From the IMG/VR virus record IMGVR_UViG_3300009514_000007, positions 1 through 41,380 of that record: 41,380 bases of DNA. The stretch is one strand, 5' to 3'. Position 1 is the first letter of the stretch, and every line of letters starts with the position of its first letter. Below the pieces are notes generated by a model. It was not told where the DNA came from and ran no database searches. It was given only the letters and a program-made list of their open reading frames with translations. A program made the translations under genes and the position numbers. Positions 22,966-33,977 of this stretch are shown here, one piece after another. The stretch comes from a virus.

Positions 22966-25900
22966 TGGTTGACGAGGGGATTATTGCCAGACGGCTACGG
23001 ATCGAAGCGGATCAGGCGTCGCTCAAGACGCTTGGTGACAAGACCTCCAACGCGCTCATTTCGGGGTTCCGCAAAGCTCAAAAAGAGCAGATGAAGCTCA
23101 TTGAGGCGGCGTACCGGGCGCCCATCTCGCCTCGTGTTTTCAGTGAGTACGCTAAGAAGGCTAAGAAGCTCGCAGCCGAGCTACAAGAGCTTCAGTGGAA
23201 GGGCTACGGGGAGGCCCTGACGAAAGCCGAAGCCAAGGCACTCAAGGCAAGAGAGAAGGCCCTGCTTCGGCAATTCAAGACCGAGAGCGATCGGGTTGAA
23301 AAGCTGTCCCGCCGCCGCATGGAAGCGGCCCGAGCGGTCGAGGATTTTAAGAAAAAGGAGCTTGACGAGCAGATCGAAGCCTACGGGGCTGGCCTGGCCG
23401 GTGCGATCACAGGAGCCCTTGGATCGGTCAGGTCGGGGGACCTCAAGGGGGTCGGGGACATCGTAAAGGGTGCGGGCGGTGCGATGCGGACGAGGGGGCG
23501 TGCAGCACAGGCGGCGGGGGCAGCGGATACGGCGACCAAGATGCAGAAGGCGATGGGCTCGCTCGGTGGGGTTATGGCTGGACTTGGCGCGGCTGTTGCC
23601 ACGATCGGCGCCGTCGTGGGTGCGATTGGTCTGCTCGTGAAGGTGCTCCTCGATGCCGAGGCGGCGGTGAAGGATGTCAACAAATCGATCATTCAGATGG
23701 GCGGGGCGACGAACTTGGGCGCTACTGGAGTAGCGGACCTGGCAGCTAAACTCAGGCCGATCAACGAATTTTTCTCGGAACGGCCATTCAGCGTGGAATG
23801 GTACACCACGCCTGAGATGCTGGAGGGGATTGCCAAGGGGTTCTCCGAGGCTGGATTCACAATGCGGAAAATGAGTGACGAGATTAAGGTCGGCACTCAG
23901 CACATGGACGGGCTGCGCGGCGCCACGGTGCTTGCGTTGACCTACGCTAACCTGTTTGGAAAAGAAGCCTCGGCTGTCGCTCAGGATATGGGCAAGATTG
24001 CCTTTGAGCAGGGTTCGACGCTTAACCGTATTGCGGAAGGGTTCTCCGCCGTTCACGAGATGGCTCGGGTCTCTGGCTTTGAGGTCAAGCGTTTCTACTC
24101 GGCCGTGTTGGAATCCACGACGGGCATGGGCATGTACAACCGTCGTATCGAGGAAGCTGCCGCGCTTCTGTCCACCCTGAGCAATATCCTTGGGGAGACT
24201 GTAGGTGGAGAATTTCTCAAGAGCATACAGGCAGGTTTCAAAGACATGAGCCTGGAGGAACGGCTCAAGCAGATTTTGGTGCAGGGTAAGGGTAACGTCT
24301 CGGAGATGTATGAAAGCGCGATGCGAACGGCTTTGGAGGGGGTGAGAGGCGATTTTGCTGATATGGTGACGCCGCTCGGGCAGGCTTTTGACATCACATC
24401 GCTTGACGATTTGGCAGATAAGCTCGGGAAAATGGATCCGCTGAAATTTAACAAGGCCCTTGCAGATGCGCTCCGCCTTGGCCTTACCGGAGAGCAAGCA
24501 AATCGGATACGTCAGCTTCGTGGTCTTGCGAGGGGTGAAACCGGCGATGTTGGGACCCAAGCGATTGAGATGGGTAAGCTCGGTCCCGTTTACAAGATTG
24601 TAGGTGCAATCGAAGCTGCTCAGCAGATAACCGGGAAGAAATCCATTGCCGATTTTAGCGTTGAGGAATTCATGGCGGCAGCAAAGGTCGGCGGGGTAAC
24701 TGAGCAGCAGATGATAGACGAGGTTAGGGCGCTTGCGGGTAATGCCGAGGGTACTTGGAGCATCCTAAAAGACATCGCTTCTGGCAAGCGTAAGGCGACT
24801 CCAGAGGAATTGGATTACTACAAGACTCAGTACGGGGCGGTCATTGAGAACGGAAAGGTGATCAACGAGGCTTCCAAAAAGGAGATGGATGAATTCACCG
24901 ATTTGCTGATGTCCAGCCAGGAGATGCAAGAACTCATGGCTAAGAACGAGGAACAGGTTAGCGAGGACATCGAGCTAGCCCGCGAAATTGCCCACAACAC
25001 CGAGTCGGTCACGAACGTCCTCAAAACGACCGTGCAGGATTGGCTCAAGCAGATTTACTGGAAGGCGACAGAGATCTACGAATACCTGCCCAACCTAGTC
25101 CCCGAGTACATCAAGAAACTGATGGAAGACTCACCGATGGGTATGACCGAGGCGCAGGCAAAATCTGAGGCCATGAAAACGCTCTCGTCAGAAATCGACG
25201 CGCTCTCGGGCGCCGAGGAACGTGTGCGGGAGAAGCTGGCCTCAGAGGAATTGGGCGCGGAGGAACGTAAGGCCCTCCAAGGATTTTTGAAATCCCTATC
25301 TGAGCAAAAGCAAGCACGCGAGCTAGCCCACAAGGACATCCGTTTTGCTCGACAGGGGTCTTTGGGGGGGGATCCGAACGCGATTCTACGTTCACGCCTG
25401 GAGGGGTACAAGGGGGGTGCTCTTGAGACGATTGACCCCCGAACGCTGACGACCGCTCCTGGTACGGATCAGCAAGGCATGGTTTCGTGGAAGGGCGCTG
25501 AGTCTATCCTCCTTCAACGTATGACTAAAGCCTTCGGGGAAGCCGGAATGGAGGGCGAGGAAGGCAAAAAACGTAAATGGGCGGCCAGGCGCATGGCACA
25601 ACAGGCTGCCGCGAGCACGGGACAGATCAAGTTGAATGAATATGGTGTCCCGGTCGGGGGAGGTAAGGAATACGACCCGGAAGCCGGAATGGAAAAAGCC
25701 TTGGCTAAGGCTCTCAATACGGAGCTTCTGGCCTATTTTGAACAGGAAAAGGTCGCCTTCTCCCTGACTGACGATGGTCTTAGGAAACAAGAGGAGGCCG
25801 TTCTCAAAGCCGTTACGGATCCGCGCTCCAAAGAAGCTCAGGTGGCTGCTCTCAAAGATGAGCGGGTGCAGCAGGCAAATTTGCATACGCTGCGGGTAAT

Positions 25901-26246
25901 TGAGCAGGAGAAAGAGCTACGCGGTATGGACCTTGGGGCATTGGAAACGCTCGCCAAGGAAAAGGGCCTGTACGAGCAGGCATTTGGAGGGGAACCGCAC
26001 GACGGCATGGACGACGAGACAAGGCGTGCCCTTCTTGTGGGCACCCTTGCGGAGAATCTGGGCAAGGCGGTAAACGATTTCATTCTCACGAAAGACGGGC
26101 AGCTTCTACAGACGAACCCCCTGGACACCGTTGTTGGGTTCAAGGGCGGGGGCATGGGAGCGCGCAACACCACGATCAACATCCATGGGGGTGACACTCA
26201 AAAGATCTACTCAGTCGTTAGGCGAGCGATGGAGGGGGCTAGGTGA
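22965..26246 (+). CDS. Tape measure protein (1093 aa)
   Basis: Long Ala/Glu/Lys-rich helical protein with a hydrophobic Gly/Ala segment (GGVMAGLGAAVATIGAVVGAIGLLV) and C-terminal NTTINIHGGD. Canonical gene position. Confidence 0.75.
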   Translation: MVDEGIIARRLRIEADQASLKTLGDKTSNALISGFRKAQKEQMKLIEAAYRAPISPRVFSEYAKKAKKLAAELQELQWKGYGEALTKAEAKALKAREKALLRQFKTESDRVEKLSRRRMEAARAVEDFKKKELDEQIEAYGAGLAGAITGALGSVRSGDLKGVGDIVKGAGGAMRTRGRAAQAAGAADTATKMQKAMGSLGGVMAGLGAAVATIGAVVGAIGLLVKVLLDAEAAVKDVNKSIIQMGGATNLGATGVADLAAKLRPINEFFSERPFSVEWYTTPEMLEGIAKGFSEAGFTMRKMSDEIKVGTQHMDGLRGATVLALTYANLFGKEASAVAQDMGKIAFEQGSTLNRIAEGFSAVHEMARVSGFEVKRFYSAVLESTTGMGMYNRRIEEAAALLSTLSNILGETVGGEFLKSIQAGFKDMSLEERLKQILVQGKGNVSEMYESAMRTALEGVRGDFADMVTPLGQAFDITSLDDLADKLGKMDPLKFNKALADALRLGLTGEQANRIRQLRGLARGETGDVGTQAIEMGKLGPVYKIVGAIEAAQQITGKKSIADFSVEEFMAAAKVGGVTEQQMIDEVRALAGNAEGTWSILKDIASGKRKATPEELDYYKTQYGAVIENGKVINEASKKEMDEFTDLLMSSQEMQELMAKNEEQVSEDIELAREIAHNTESVTNVLKTTVQDWLKQIYWKATEIYEYLPNLVPEYIKKLMEDSPMGMTEAQAKSEAMKTLSSEIDALSGAEERVREKLASEELGAEERKALQGFLKSLSEQKQARELAHKDIRFARQGSLGGDPNAILRSRLEGYKGGALETIDPRTLTTAPGTDQQGMVSWKGAESILLQRMTKAFGEAGMEGEEGKKRKWAARRMAQQAAASTGQIKLNEYGVPVGGGKEYDPEAGMEKALAKALNTELLAYFEQEKVAFSLTDDGLRKQEEAVLKAVTDPRSKEAQVAALKDERVQQANLHTLRVIEQEKELRGMDLGALETLAKEKGLYEQAFGGEPHDGMDDETRRALLVGTLAENLGKAVNDFILTKDGQLLQTNPLDTVVGFKGGGMGARNTTINIHGGDTQKIYSVVRRAMEGAR

Positions 26247-27028
26247 CGAACCCGCGTCCAGTCATCCCGACCTCGTTTGAGTCGTTCTCGGACGAGTTTT
26301 CGGGCGAGGGGAAGCGGCCGGTCGTGTTCGACATTCTCGGACCTGATCGGGTCACGAGTCTCCTGCCCCCGGAGCTAAAGCTCGTGCTTCATGTCAACCC
26401 GAGAACGATGCGATCGAACTACCAGAAGCTCATTACGCGTATCCAGACGCGGGGCGGTTGGGTCGAGCAGCATTGGGGCGATGCCCTGGAGGAATTGTCG
26501 TTTGAGTTGGCGACGGGAGGGTTCGTGCGTCTGTACTCGGGCCTGTCGAACAAGACGGGAGCCACCGGGTCCGAGGGCAAGCTCAGCGGGTCGATCGATA
26601 GCCGCTCCAACCCGCTTGGCACAGGCAAGCAAGGGCGACGGGAAACGCTTGCCTATGATCGCTACCTCGATTTCCTGGCCTTGTGGCTGAACAACGGGTC
26701 CATCTATGACGCCAAGGGCGAGATTGTCCAACAGGGCTACATCAAAATCACCTTCGATGGCGGTGTTCACTACGGGTGGTTTGACACTGATTTCACGATC
26801 ACGGAGTCGGCGCAGAAACCCTTTCAGTTTGACGTGACTGCCCGCTTCATTATCGACTTTGAGGAAATGTCCTTCCGTTCGACCATCCTCAACCCTCGGT
26901 CGGATGCGATCCAGCCGGGCACGGGAGCCCCGATCGCCGATCAACCGATTTTCGGCGAAGCCACGGGGGGCTCACGCAACATTCTCTTTGGAGATGTCTC
27001 CGAGGGTACGGGAGGTTTCTTTTCCTGA
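26243..27028 (+). CDS. Baseplate/tail-tube initiator-like protein (261 aa)
   Basis: LHVNP...QTRGGWVEQHWGD...ITESAQKPFQFDVTARF is a tube-fold initiator pattern. Follows the tape measure gene. Confidence 0.6.
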   Translation: MTNPRPVIPTSFESFSDEFSGEGKRPVVFDILGPDRVTSLLPPELKLVLHVNPRTMRSNYQKLITRIQTRGGWVEQHWGDALEELSFELATGGFVRLYSGLSNKTGATGSEGKLSGSIDSRSNPLGTGKQGRRETLAYDRYLDFLALWLNNGSIYDAKGEIVQQGYIKITFDGGVHYGWFDTDFTITESAQKPFQFDVTARFIIDFEEMSFRSTILNPRSDAIQPGTGAPIADQPIFGEATGGSRNILFGDVSEGTGGFFS

Positions 27029-28209
27029 TGGCACGCGGCACGCCACCTCCCGCGCTCTTGTACCAGGGACTCGCAACGGGTCCAGGGTTCGATCGTCAGT
27101 ACCAGATCCAAGGTGGGGTGCCCATCGACGGATCGAAGGCAATTCTCCGCGACCCTAGGTTCGGGAGCCCTTTCACGTTCCGAGTTATCCCCCCGCCCCT
27201 GCTCATTGAGGCGTTGGCGGGCGGCCAGACCGAGAAGATCAATATCATCGGCTCCGCGCTCAAGGTCAACGACACCTTTGAGCAGTTTCAGCAGAAGCTC
27301 GATGCGTTCCGGGCCTCGTCGTGGGTTACGCAAAACCTGGACGACCTCGTGCGCCTGGAGAGCTTTGTGTCGTCCAACGGGGTCTTGTACGACGCTAGGT
27401 CGGGGCGGACCTCCCTGGCGAACGTGCCCGCCATCTCGGATCTGAAACAAGCAGCCAGCGTGATCGCGCAGGTAAACCGGATGCTGGCAACGCCGCCGTT
27501 GACCCTGCTGGTGAACCCGCAGAGCCTCACGATTACCCGTACCAAGAAGCAGCAGTACGGTGATCGGAACCGCAAGGGGTACGTGTTCCAGACGTGGGGT
27601 CACGAGCAGATCAGGCTCAATGTCGCGGGCAAGACCGGGGCCTTCATCGCAGGCACGCGATTTTCTGACACGGACTCCCCCAACAATTTCCTTGGGCTCG
27701 GGGCCGCGAGTCGCGGGCGGGTTTCCACGACCTCGGTTGCTTCGGGTGTCCAGTACGCGACCAAGCGAGACTCGGCGGCGTACCAGAACCTTATGTCGCT
27801 GCTCACGCTGTACCGGAACAACGGCTACATCTACGACCTTGTGACGCGCACCGAGGCCCATCAGTGGATCGGGATGATCGCCATCGACTACGACCAGAAC
27901 ACGTACCTCGGCAACTTTGAGAATTTCACCTGGACGGAAAGCGAGGACACGATGCTCGGTGGGGTCGAATTCAGTTTCGATTTCACCGTGTCGTTCCAGT
28001 ACGACAGTGCGCAGCGGGAATTCGTCGTCCTGCCGATCAAGAGCCCGACCCCGAGCCCGAGTGACCCACTGTGGACACGGACGAGCAGGCGTCAGCAATC
28101 TTTCGGCTCTGGGCGAGGACGTGGCTCGCTTTTGCCTCGACAATCGGAAGGGGGCCTTGGTCGCCCTACTAGCTCGGCTGCCAACGCCATTCTACGAGGG
28201 GGTCGCTGA
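27028..28209 (+). CDS. Second baseplate/tail-tube initiator-like protein (393 aa), paralog of the previous gene
   Basis: LLVNPQS...GYVFQTWG...G.TGAF...AY.NL..L...NNG.IYD...FTWTESE...FSFDF parallels 26243..27028. Confidence 0.6.
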   Translation: MARGTPPPALLYQGLATGPGFDRQYQIQGGVPIDGSKAILRDPRFGSPFTFRVIPPPLLIEALAGGQTEKINIIGSALKVNDTFEQFQQKLDAFRASSWVTQNLDDLVRLESFVSSNGVLYDARSGRTSLANVPAISDLKQAASVIAQVNRMLATPPLTLLVNPQSLTITRTKKQQYGDRNRKGYVFQTWGHEQIRLNVAGKTGAFIAGTRFSDTDSPNNFLGLGAASRGRVSTTSVASGVQYATKRDSAAYQNLMSLLTLYRNNGYIYDLVTRTEAHQWIGMIAIDYDQNTYLGNFENFTWTESEDTMLGGVEFSFDFTVSFQYDSAQREFVVLPIKSPTPSPSDPLWTRTSRRQQSFGSGRGRGSLLPRQSEGGLGRPTSSAANAILRGGR

Positions 28210-31200
28210 TGCCAAACCTCTCCGATCGCCCTTACGTTGGGACGTGGAGCACCAACAACCGGCCTGTCGTCAAGCACACGCCGGACATGCTGATCTTCGT
28301 CAACGGAGATACGGCGATCCCTGGCTGCTCCAAGTGCAACGGACGGATTGAGCTACAGCAATTCGTCAAGGCCGTGTCGATTGAGGCAGGGGTTACTCCT
28401 GGCTCGCATTCGGGGCAGGCCCAACTCACGATTCCACGAAATTACGGGGAGCAGCTTTTCCGTGAGGGGCGAGGTCTGCTTACGCCGTCCTTGGAGGTCC
28501 ACATCTACATGCGTGGGTATTTCCCGACGCAAGGGCAGTTTGCCCACATCCCCGAGAACGAGATCCAATTCGGAGAGAATTCGATCAACCTCGACAAGTT
28601 CGTGACCTACCCCTACTACCACGTCTTTCATGGGGTCGTCACGAACGTCAACTACGAGTACAGCGACGGGTTTTACTCGGCGAGCATGAGCTTCGCCTCG
28701 CTCCTGCATTTCTGGCAGTATCACAACATGGTGATGAACGGGCAGTACCTCGGTGCCCGTGTCAAGAATTCTTCCGTGAACCCGTCGCTCAAGGGCAACT
28801 GGTTTAACAACATGAGCCCGTTTGCGATCATCTATTCGCTGTATCGGGATCTGGTCGGTGCGGCAGCACTGCAAGGGCATACTCTTCGGAGCAAAACGAA
28901 TTTCGATGCTGTTTCCGCAGTGGCCGGAGAAGGCAAGCAGCTTTACTCCCTGATGCTCCAGTATTGGGAGGAACGGTTCAAGACCACGATTCAAAGCCTG
29001 CGCATGTACGGCGTCCAGGGAAGGCTGTTCAATGCCGTTGAGCAGGCATTCCTCGCGCGGAGAAACAAAGGGAGCATCGATCGGTCGCTAGTTAAGCAAG
29101 ACAACTTCATGGCCTCGGGCACAATGTATAACGTGCGGGATTTTAGTGCCGCACAGCGCACGCTTGCCAAAGAGCTTGGGTTTGAGAGATTCGGGGATGA
29201 TTTTGTTTACGGTCGCTTGGGTCCAAGGGGGGATTCGGCTCAGTTCGATGTCCTTGGGATTACTGCGTTCACGCAATCCATGGATGACATCGCTAGCTTC
29301 GACGTTATGGAGTCCACTTATCAGACCAAACTGGATGTAGCCCAGACCACTGCCAACGCGATCAACTACGAATTCTATCAGGACGTGGACGGCGATCTCG
29401 TGTTCAAGCCGCCCATGTACAACCTCGATACGCGGGGCAACCGGGTCTACCGCATCGAGGACATCGACATTATCTCGTGGTCTTCGCAGGAAAAGGAGCC
29501 CGAAGCTACTTACTGTACGATCACGGCGGGCCATCTCAATAACCTCACCGCCACAGGCACGGAGGGTTGGGTTGGCAACCGTGGGACATACTATGACTAC
29601 CGTTTGGTTGCCAAGTTCGGCTGGAGGCCCGCAACAGAGGAGGTTACTTATCTCAATAGCGCTAAGCAGCTTTTCTACCTGGCCCAAGCCCGCCTCGATC
29701 TCCTGAACATCGACATCAATTCGGCGACGGTGACGATCCCGTTGCGGCCGGAGATCCGGCCCGGCTTCCCCGTCTACATCACGTTCCTTGACACCTTCTA
29801 CTACGTCACGGCGCTCAGTCACTCGTTCGGGTTCGGGGCTCAATGCACAACGACGCTTACGCTCACAGCGAGGCGGTCCAAGTTTCACGCGCCGGGTTTC
29901 ATCGGCCCGCTCCGAGAAGGCGAGAATGCCATCGGTCGTATTGCGCTCGACCGGCCTGACCTGCCTGAGCGCCCGCTGGAGATCTACGACAACGGCCTGC
30001 CACGCCTCCAAGGGTTCCCCAATGTGGTGATGGCCCTGGACCCGAACAAGCTCAACCCCAAATTCTTCATCCTCGGTTCGGGCTTGGAGGATCTGACCAC
30101 CGTAGACGACGTGAAGCTCCTGTTCAATATCATTCGTGAGCAGGTCAAGACGACAGGAGAAGGGGGAGGCATCTTTGCCTTGGCCCATGGCGGGGACGAG
30201 AACGCCGTACCCACCGAGCACACCGAGTATCGTCTCCAGCAAAGCGACAATCCCGAGGACGACATCACGTTTTCGTTGTCGGACCTGATCCGTGATTTCA
30301 AATCGCTCGACCAGGCGCGACGTGAGATCAATCGGCTGGAAAAGACGATCGCTCGGAAGGCTTCGGATGGGAGGTCGTCCCGTGGGACCAAGAAATCGAA
30401 GATCGAAGCTGAGCTTGCCTCTGCAACGCAGCAATTGGAGGATGCGGCCGAGAAGGTTGAGCTTACGCGCGACCCGGACAAGAACAAACTTGCGCAATTG
30501 ATCAACGCTCTCCAGCGCACCGACCCGATACGGCGACTTGGCCTTGGGTCGGGGGTAAAGGATGGCCCCACGACGGCCTCTTATCTTGAGATGTTGGGAG
30601 ACCTGAAATCCAACTTGGAGATCAAAGGTGCGGCAGGCTACTACCGTTATTTCTCGTGCTCTCACCCTGACCCTTCGCAGCAAGGGCAGGCTATCTTGGA
30701 ATTCAACGACGGTACGGGTTCGGATTTGTTTGAGGAACAGGTTATCACGACTGATCCAGGAGAAACCCTCGCTGCCCCTGACCCGGATGTTCCACGGACA
30801 TCTCTAGCGGTCAAAACCTTTGGAGTAAACGGGGATATTACGGATGAAGAGTTCCGTAGGCAGGATAACAGGAGACAGGGAGGCTTTGCTAAGCAAAAAG
30901 CAAAGCACCTTGCCTTGGCTAATCAGATGGAGCAGATCACGGGTGTTGAGGGGCTTGCGACATATCTTCATGCGCAGGCGCGTGGGGAGAGCCGCTTCCA
31001 ACAATACGCGCGGCTAAGTGGACTTACTCGCCCCAACAGTGCTGTGGCTGTGAACGAGACACTGAGGTCTACGGAGCAGATGCTCGCTCAGGAAATCCCA
31101 AGAGGACAACAGACGGGATCAGATGTTCAATACAAATTGAAGGCTAAAAACGCAAAGAAATTCCAAGAGGATTTTGGACGCCAACCTCGACCGGGTGAGG

Positions 31201-33977
31201 GGGTAGCCAGACGGAGCCGCCATGCTGGAAACCCCCACCTGTTTGATGGTCAGGGTAACGTGCTTCCTGATGCCCATCTGCGGTGGGGGCATGGGTCTGG
31301 AGGGTACTATGGACTTATGCCCTCGGCTGGCATGGGTGCTTTTCGTAAGCCCTTGGGTAGTAAGTATGCCAACCTCCCTCCCGAGGCTATCTATGACCCG
31401 ATTGTCAGTCAGGTAATGAACTACAACTATCTTGCAACTACTTGCAAGCAGTGGAGTGGGAGGGCGCGTGATGGGGCTCCTGGTCCGCCAGGGGATCGTG
31501 ACCGTTACAAGCGCGACCCTCCGGGGAAAATGACATGGGGTGAGCTACGACGTGCGGGGGGGTCTTTTGCGCAAGTTGGCAAAGGTGAATTTGGAACACT
31601 CCCTTCCGATGGGCGCTTTCTCAATAAGCTCCAGCAAAACGGTATGACCCGTGAACAAGCCTTGGCTTTCGCCAACACGGAGGTTCCTTGCGACAAGTTG
31701 CTTGATCCGTCATTGGGGCGAATCGGTAAGTACGATGCCCTGCTTGACAAGCTCAAAGGGGCGAGAGAGTTGGAGGTTTCTCCGAAAGAGGTCAAGCCGC
31801 AGCCCAAGCCTCCGACCAAGGTGGAGCCGAGCAAGCCCACGATCCGTAAGATCGAGCAGAAGCTCCCTAACCCGCAGTCTGTGTTGGGCTTCATCGACGG
31901 ACCTTTGGAGCGTCCTGATGGTGTAACCCGCTCGCCCGAAGCCGCGCTTGGGAAGATCATTTGTGAGAACGGCTTTCGTATTCTTCGGGCGGGGAGGGGC
32001 GGCACTGCTGTTGTGCCCACGTCTGAAATTCAGAAATTTTCGCTGGTGCAATTTGAGGGTGTGAAGCGAGTCGATGTCCTTGGATTCTCCAAGGACAAAG
32101 GCAACTACTCACCTGCGGACCTCAAGAAATTCTTGACCAAGTACCTGAGCCAACGGTTCAGGGTGGCAGCCGATCAGGCGATGGCACAAGAGGACCCTAC
32201 TCTTGTCACGCCAAAAATTATGTTGGAGGAAACGTACAACACGATCCGGGATGTGCTGCTTACCGGCAAGGGTTCGACTGCGGACTCTTTGTTTGCGGAC
32301 ATCGAAGGCTTCGATTTTGATCCCGGCTCCAGGGCCTACCCGGTTTATTTCCGACGCCTCCAAGGGGCGAAAATCGGTTCCGATGATCGTTTTCAGGTCG
32401 AGGCCATTAAGGTCATTGAGCTTCCGACGTTTGACCAGGCGGTTGCGGATGTCCAGGTCACGCAACAGTTGGAAAGTGCCGCAGAGGATACCCTAGATCT
32501 TGTTGAGGATGCGGGGGTTGATGCGGTGCAAGCGTTTAGCGACGCGGGAGATAACCCGCAGCAAGGGTTGGATGCCTTCTTGGCTGCTGACCTTCAATTC
32601 GTCCCAGACGTAGTTGGCGATGTGGAGCTAAGTAGCGGTCGTATTGTGGTTAACCCGGATGCGCCCGCGACCCCTGATTTGAGTGCCTTGACAGCCCCCG
32701 TTGCCACGTTGCCTCTGACGGTGCTCAAGGCATCGAAGCGGTATGCCTCCCGCAAAGGCAAGCTTGACAAGACGGTTACTAAGATCGTGGAGGACTACAC
32801 GAAAACGATCGTGACTTTCGTAGCTCGGGCCTACACCGAAGCACGCGAGAGCGCCGGGTATCGCAAGGGTAAGCTCCCCGGAGGGTTTACCGATCGGATG
32901 CGCCCGGTCCAAGATGCGTTCAATCAGATCGCGTTTGATATTACGCAGGTTCCGTTCCAGATCGAAAAGGGCCAATTTGTCTACAAGGCTTCTAAGACCG
33001 CCAAGAAGCGAAACCCGATCTTTACTCCGGTTTACCCCGTTTCAGATGGTGGGGGGTACGAGCACATCGGAGCTTTCCGGTATGGTCGAGGGCTGGATGT
33101 GGAAAAGGGAGGTACGTTTGCGCAAATCAGTACGGGGGATCCTCTTAACGGGCTCACTGCTGAATCTGCCGAAGCGTACTTGAACGCAAAAACGGCGGTG
33201 ATCGCCATCGCAAAAGGCGGGAATACAGCGGCGAAGGCCGCTTTGCGGGCACAGATGCAGGCGGCAACGGAAGCCTTGCGGCAACAGGTGGCAAGTGCTG
33301 ACGACGAGATCCAAAAGATCGACCAGGCTGCGGAGCAAGGGGCAGACGTTAAGGCCGTCCGAGATGCCCGAATAGCCCGCTACTCGCAATTGAAAGTAAT
33401 TTTGTCGAGGCTTGCAGAGTCTAACCCCGAAGCTGTCAATGAAATTGCTGCGCTCAACGGCATTGACCCTAACGTGCTGGTTGTGGACAACCCTAACCCG
33501 GATCAAGCAGGACAGTTTGTGACTCTGTTTGCGAATACGCCAGCGACCGGAACAACGGAAGCCCCGATGAAAACGACGGTATCAAATGCCGCGTACAACT
33601 TGGCGGACTTGGCGGCCCACATCACTGACGAGGTAAACGTCACTTGCCGGTGTCGCGGCAGTGAGGCTTCGGTTCTGCTTTCGGCTTACGGGCGCAACGA
33701 TTTCATCGCGCTTGACGGGATCGACCCCAATGAGCAACCAGCGACTGCTTTTGTCTCTGAGGGCATCCTCAACGGCTTGCAGGATTACCAGTTCCAACGC
33801 CAGGCGCTTCGGGGTCAGGTTTTGGACACGGAAGGGTCGGACCTGTTTGAGAAATTCCGCCAACTCAAGGACATCCGCAACAACATTCGGAACGCCGGGT
33901 CGCAGCTTCGGGAGCTTGGAAGCGAATTCAAGCGCACGGCTGCGTCCATCGGTGACATCAAACTTGGGGGTGGGTGA
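28209..33977 (+). CDS. Baseplate hub-like protein (1922 aa) with an inserted lysozyme/lytic-transglycosylase-like domain
   Basis: Hub-like motifs: VFHGVVTNV, YEFYQDVDGDLVFKPP, TIPLRPEIRPGFPV..FYYVTALSHSF. Internal QARGESRF...GYYGLMP...IYDP resembles the SLT/lysozyme motif order. Confidence 0.65.
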   Translation: MPNLSDRPYVGTWSTNNRPVVKHTPDMLIFVNGDTAIPGCSKCNGRIELQQFVKAVSIEAGVTPGSHSGQAQLTIPRNYGEQLFREGRGLLTPSLEVHIYMRGYFPTQGQFAHIPENEIQFGENSINLDKFVTYPYYHVFHGVVTNVNYEYSDGFYSASMSFASLLHFWQYHNMVMNGQYLGARVKNSSVNPSLKGNWFNNMSPFAIIYSLYRDLVGAAALQGHTLRSKTNFDAVSAVAGEGKQLYSLMLQYWEERFKTTIQSLRMYGVQGRLFNAVEQAFLARRNKGSIDRSLVKQDNFMASGTMYNVRDFSAAQRTLAKELGFERFGDDFVYGRLGPRGDSAQFDVLGITAFTQSMDDIASFDVMESTYQTKLDVAQTTANAINYEFYQDVDGDLVFKPPMYNLDTRGNRVYRIEDIDIISWSSQEKEPEATYCTITAGHLNNLTATGTEGWVGNRGTYYDYRLVAKFGWRPATEEVTYLNSAKQLFYLAQARLDLLNIDINSATVTIPLRPEIRPGFPVYITFLDTFYYVTALSHSFGFGAQCTTTLTLTARRSKFHAPGFIGPLREGENAIGRIALDRPDLPERPLEIYDNGLPRLQGFPNVVMALDPNKLNPKFFILGSGLEDLTTVDDVKLLFNIIREQVKTTGEGGGIFALAHGGDENAVPTEHTEYRLQQSDNPEDDITFSLSDLIRDFKSLDQARREINRLEKTIARKASDGRSSRGTKKSKIEAELASATQQLEDAAEKVELTRDPDKNKLAQLINALQRTDPIRRLGLGSGVKDGPTTASYLEMLGDLKSNLEIKGAAGYYRYFSCSHPDPSQQGQAILEFNDGTGSDLFEEQVITTDPGETLAAPDPDVPRTSLAVKTFGVNGDITDEEFRRQDNRRQGGFAKQKAKHLALANQMEQITGVEGLATYLHAQARGESRFQQYARLSGLTRPNSAVAVNETLRSTEQMLAQEIPRGQQTGSDVQYKLKAKNAKKFQEDFGRQPRPGEGVARRSRHAGNPHLFDGQGNVLPDAHLRWGHGSGGYYGLMPSAGMGAFRKPLGSKYANLPPEAIYDPIVSQVMNYNYLATTCKQWSGRARDGAPGPPGDRDRYKRDPPGKMTWGELRRAGGSFAQVGKGEFGTLPSDGRFLNKLQQNGMTREQALAFANTEVPCDKLLDPSLGRIGKYDALLDKLKGARELEVSPKEVKPQPKPPTKVEPSKPTIRKIEQKLPNPQSVLGFIDGPLERPDGVTRSPEAALGKIICENGFRILRAGRGGTAVVPTSEIQKFSLVQFEGVKRVDVLGFSKDKGNYSPADLKKFLTKYLSQRFRVAADQAMAQEDPTLVTPKIMLEETYNTIRDVLLTGKGSTADSLFADIEGFDFDPGSRAYPVYFRRLQGAKIGSDDRFQVEAIKVIELPTFDQAVADVQVTQQLESAAEDTLDLVEDAGVDAVQAFSDAGDNPQQGLDAFLAADLQFVPDVVGDVELSSGRIVVNPDAPATPDLSALTAPVATLPLTVLKASKRYASRKGKLDKTVTKIVEDYTKTIVTFVARAYTEARESAGYRKGKLPGGFTDRMRPVQDAFNQIAFDITQVPFQIEKGQFVYKASKTAKKRNPIFTPVYPVSDGGGYEHIGAFRYGRGLDVEKGGTFAQISTGDPLNGLTAESAEAYLNAKTAVIAIAKGGNTAAKAALRAQMQAATEALRQQVASADDEIQKIDQAAEQGADVKAVRDARIARYSQLKVILSRLAESNPEAVNEIAALNGIDPNVLVVDNPNPDQAGQFVTLFANTPATGTTEAPMKTTVSNAAYNLADLAAHITDEVNVTCRCRGSEASVLLSAYGRNDFIALDGIDPNEQPATAFVSEGILNGLQDYQFQRQALRGQVLDTEGSDLFEKFRQLKDIRNNIRNAGSQLRELGSEFKRTAASIGDIKLGGG

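Noticed and set aside
25364-25371. G8 homopolymer in the tape measure gene as a phase-variation site
   Set aside because: The frame is intact, the gene is presumably essential, and such runs are expected in GC-rich Gly codons.
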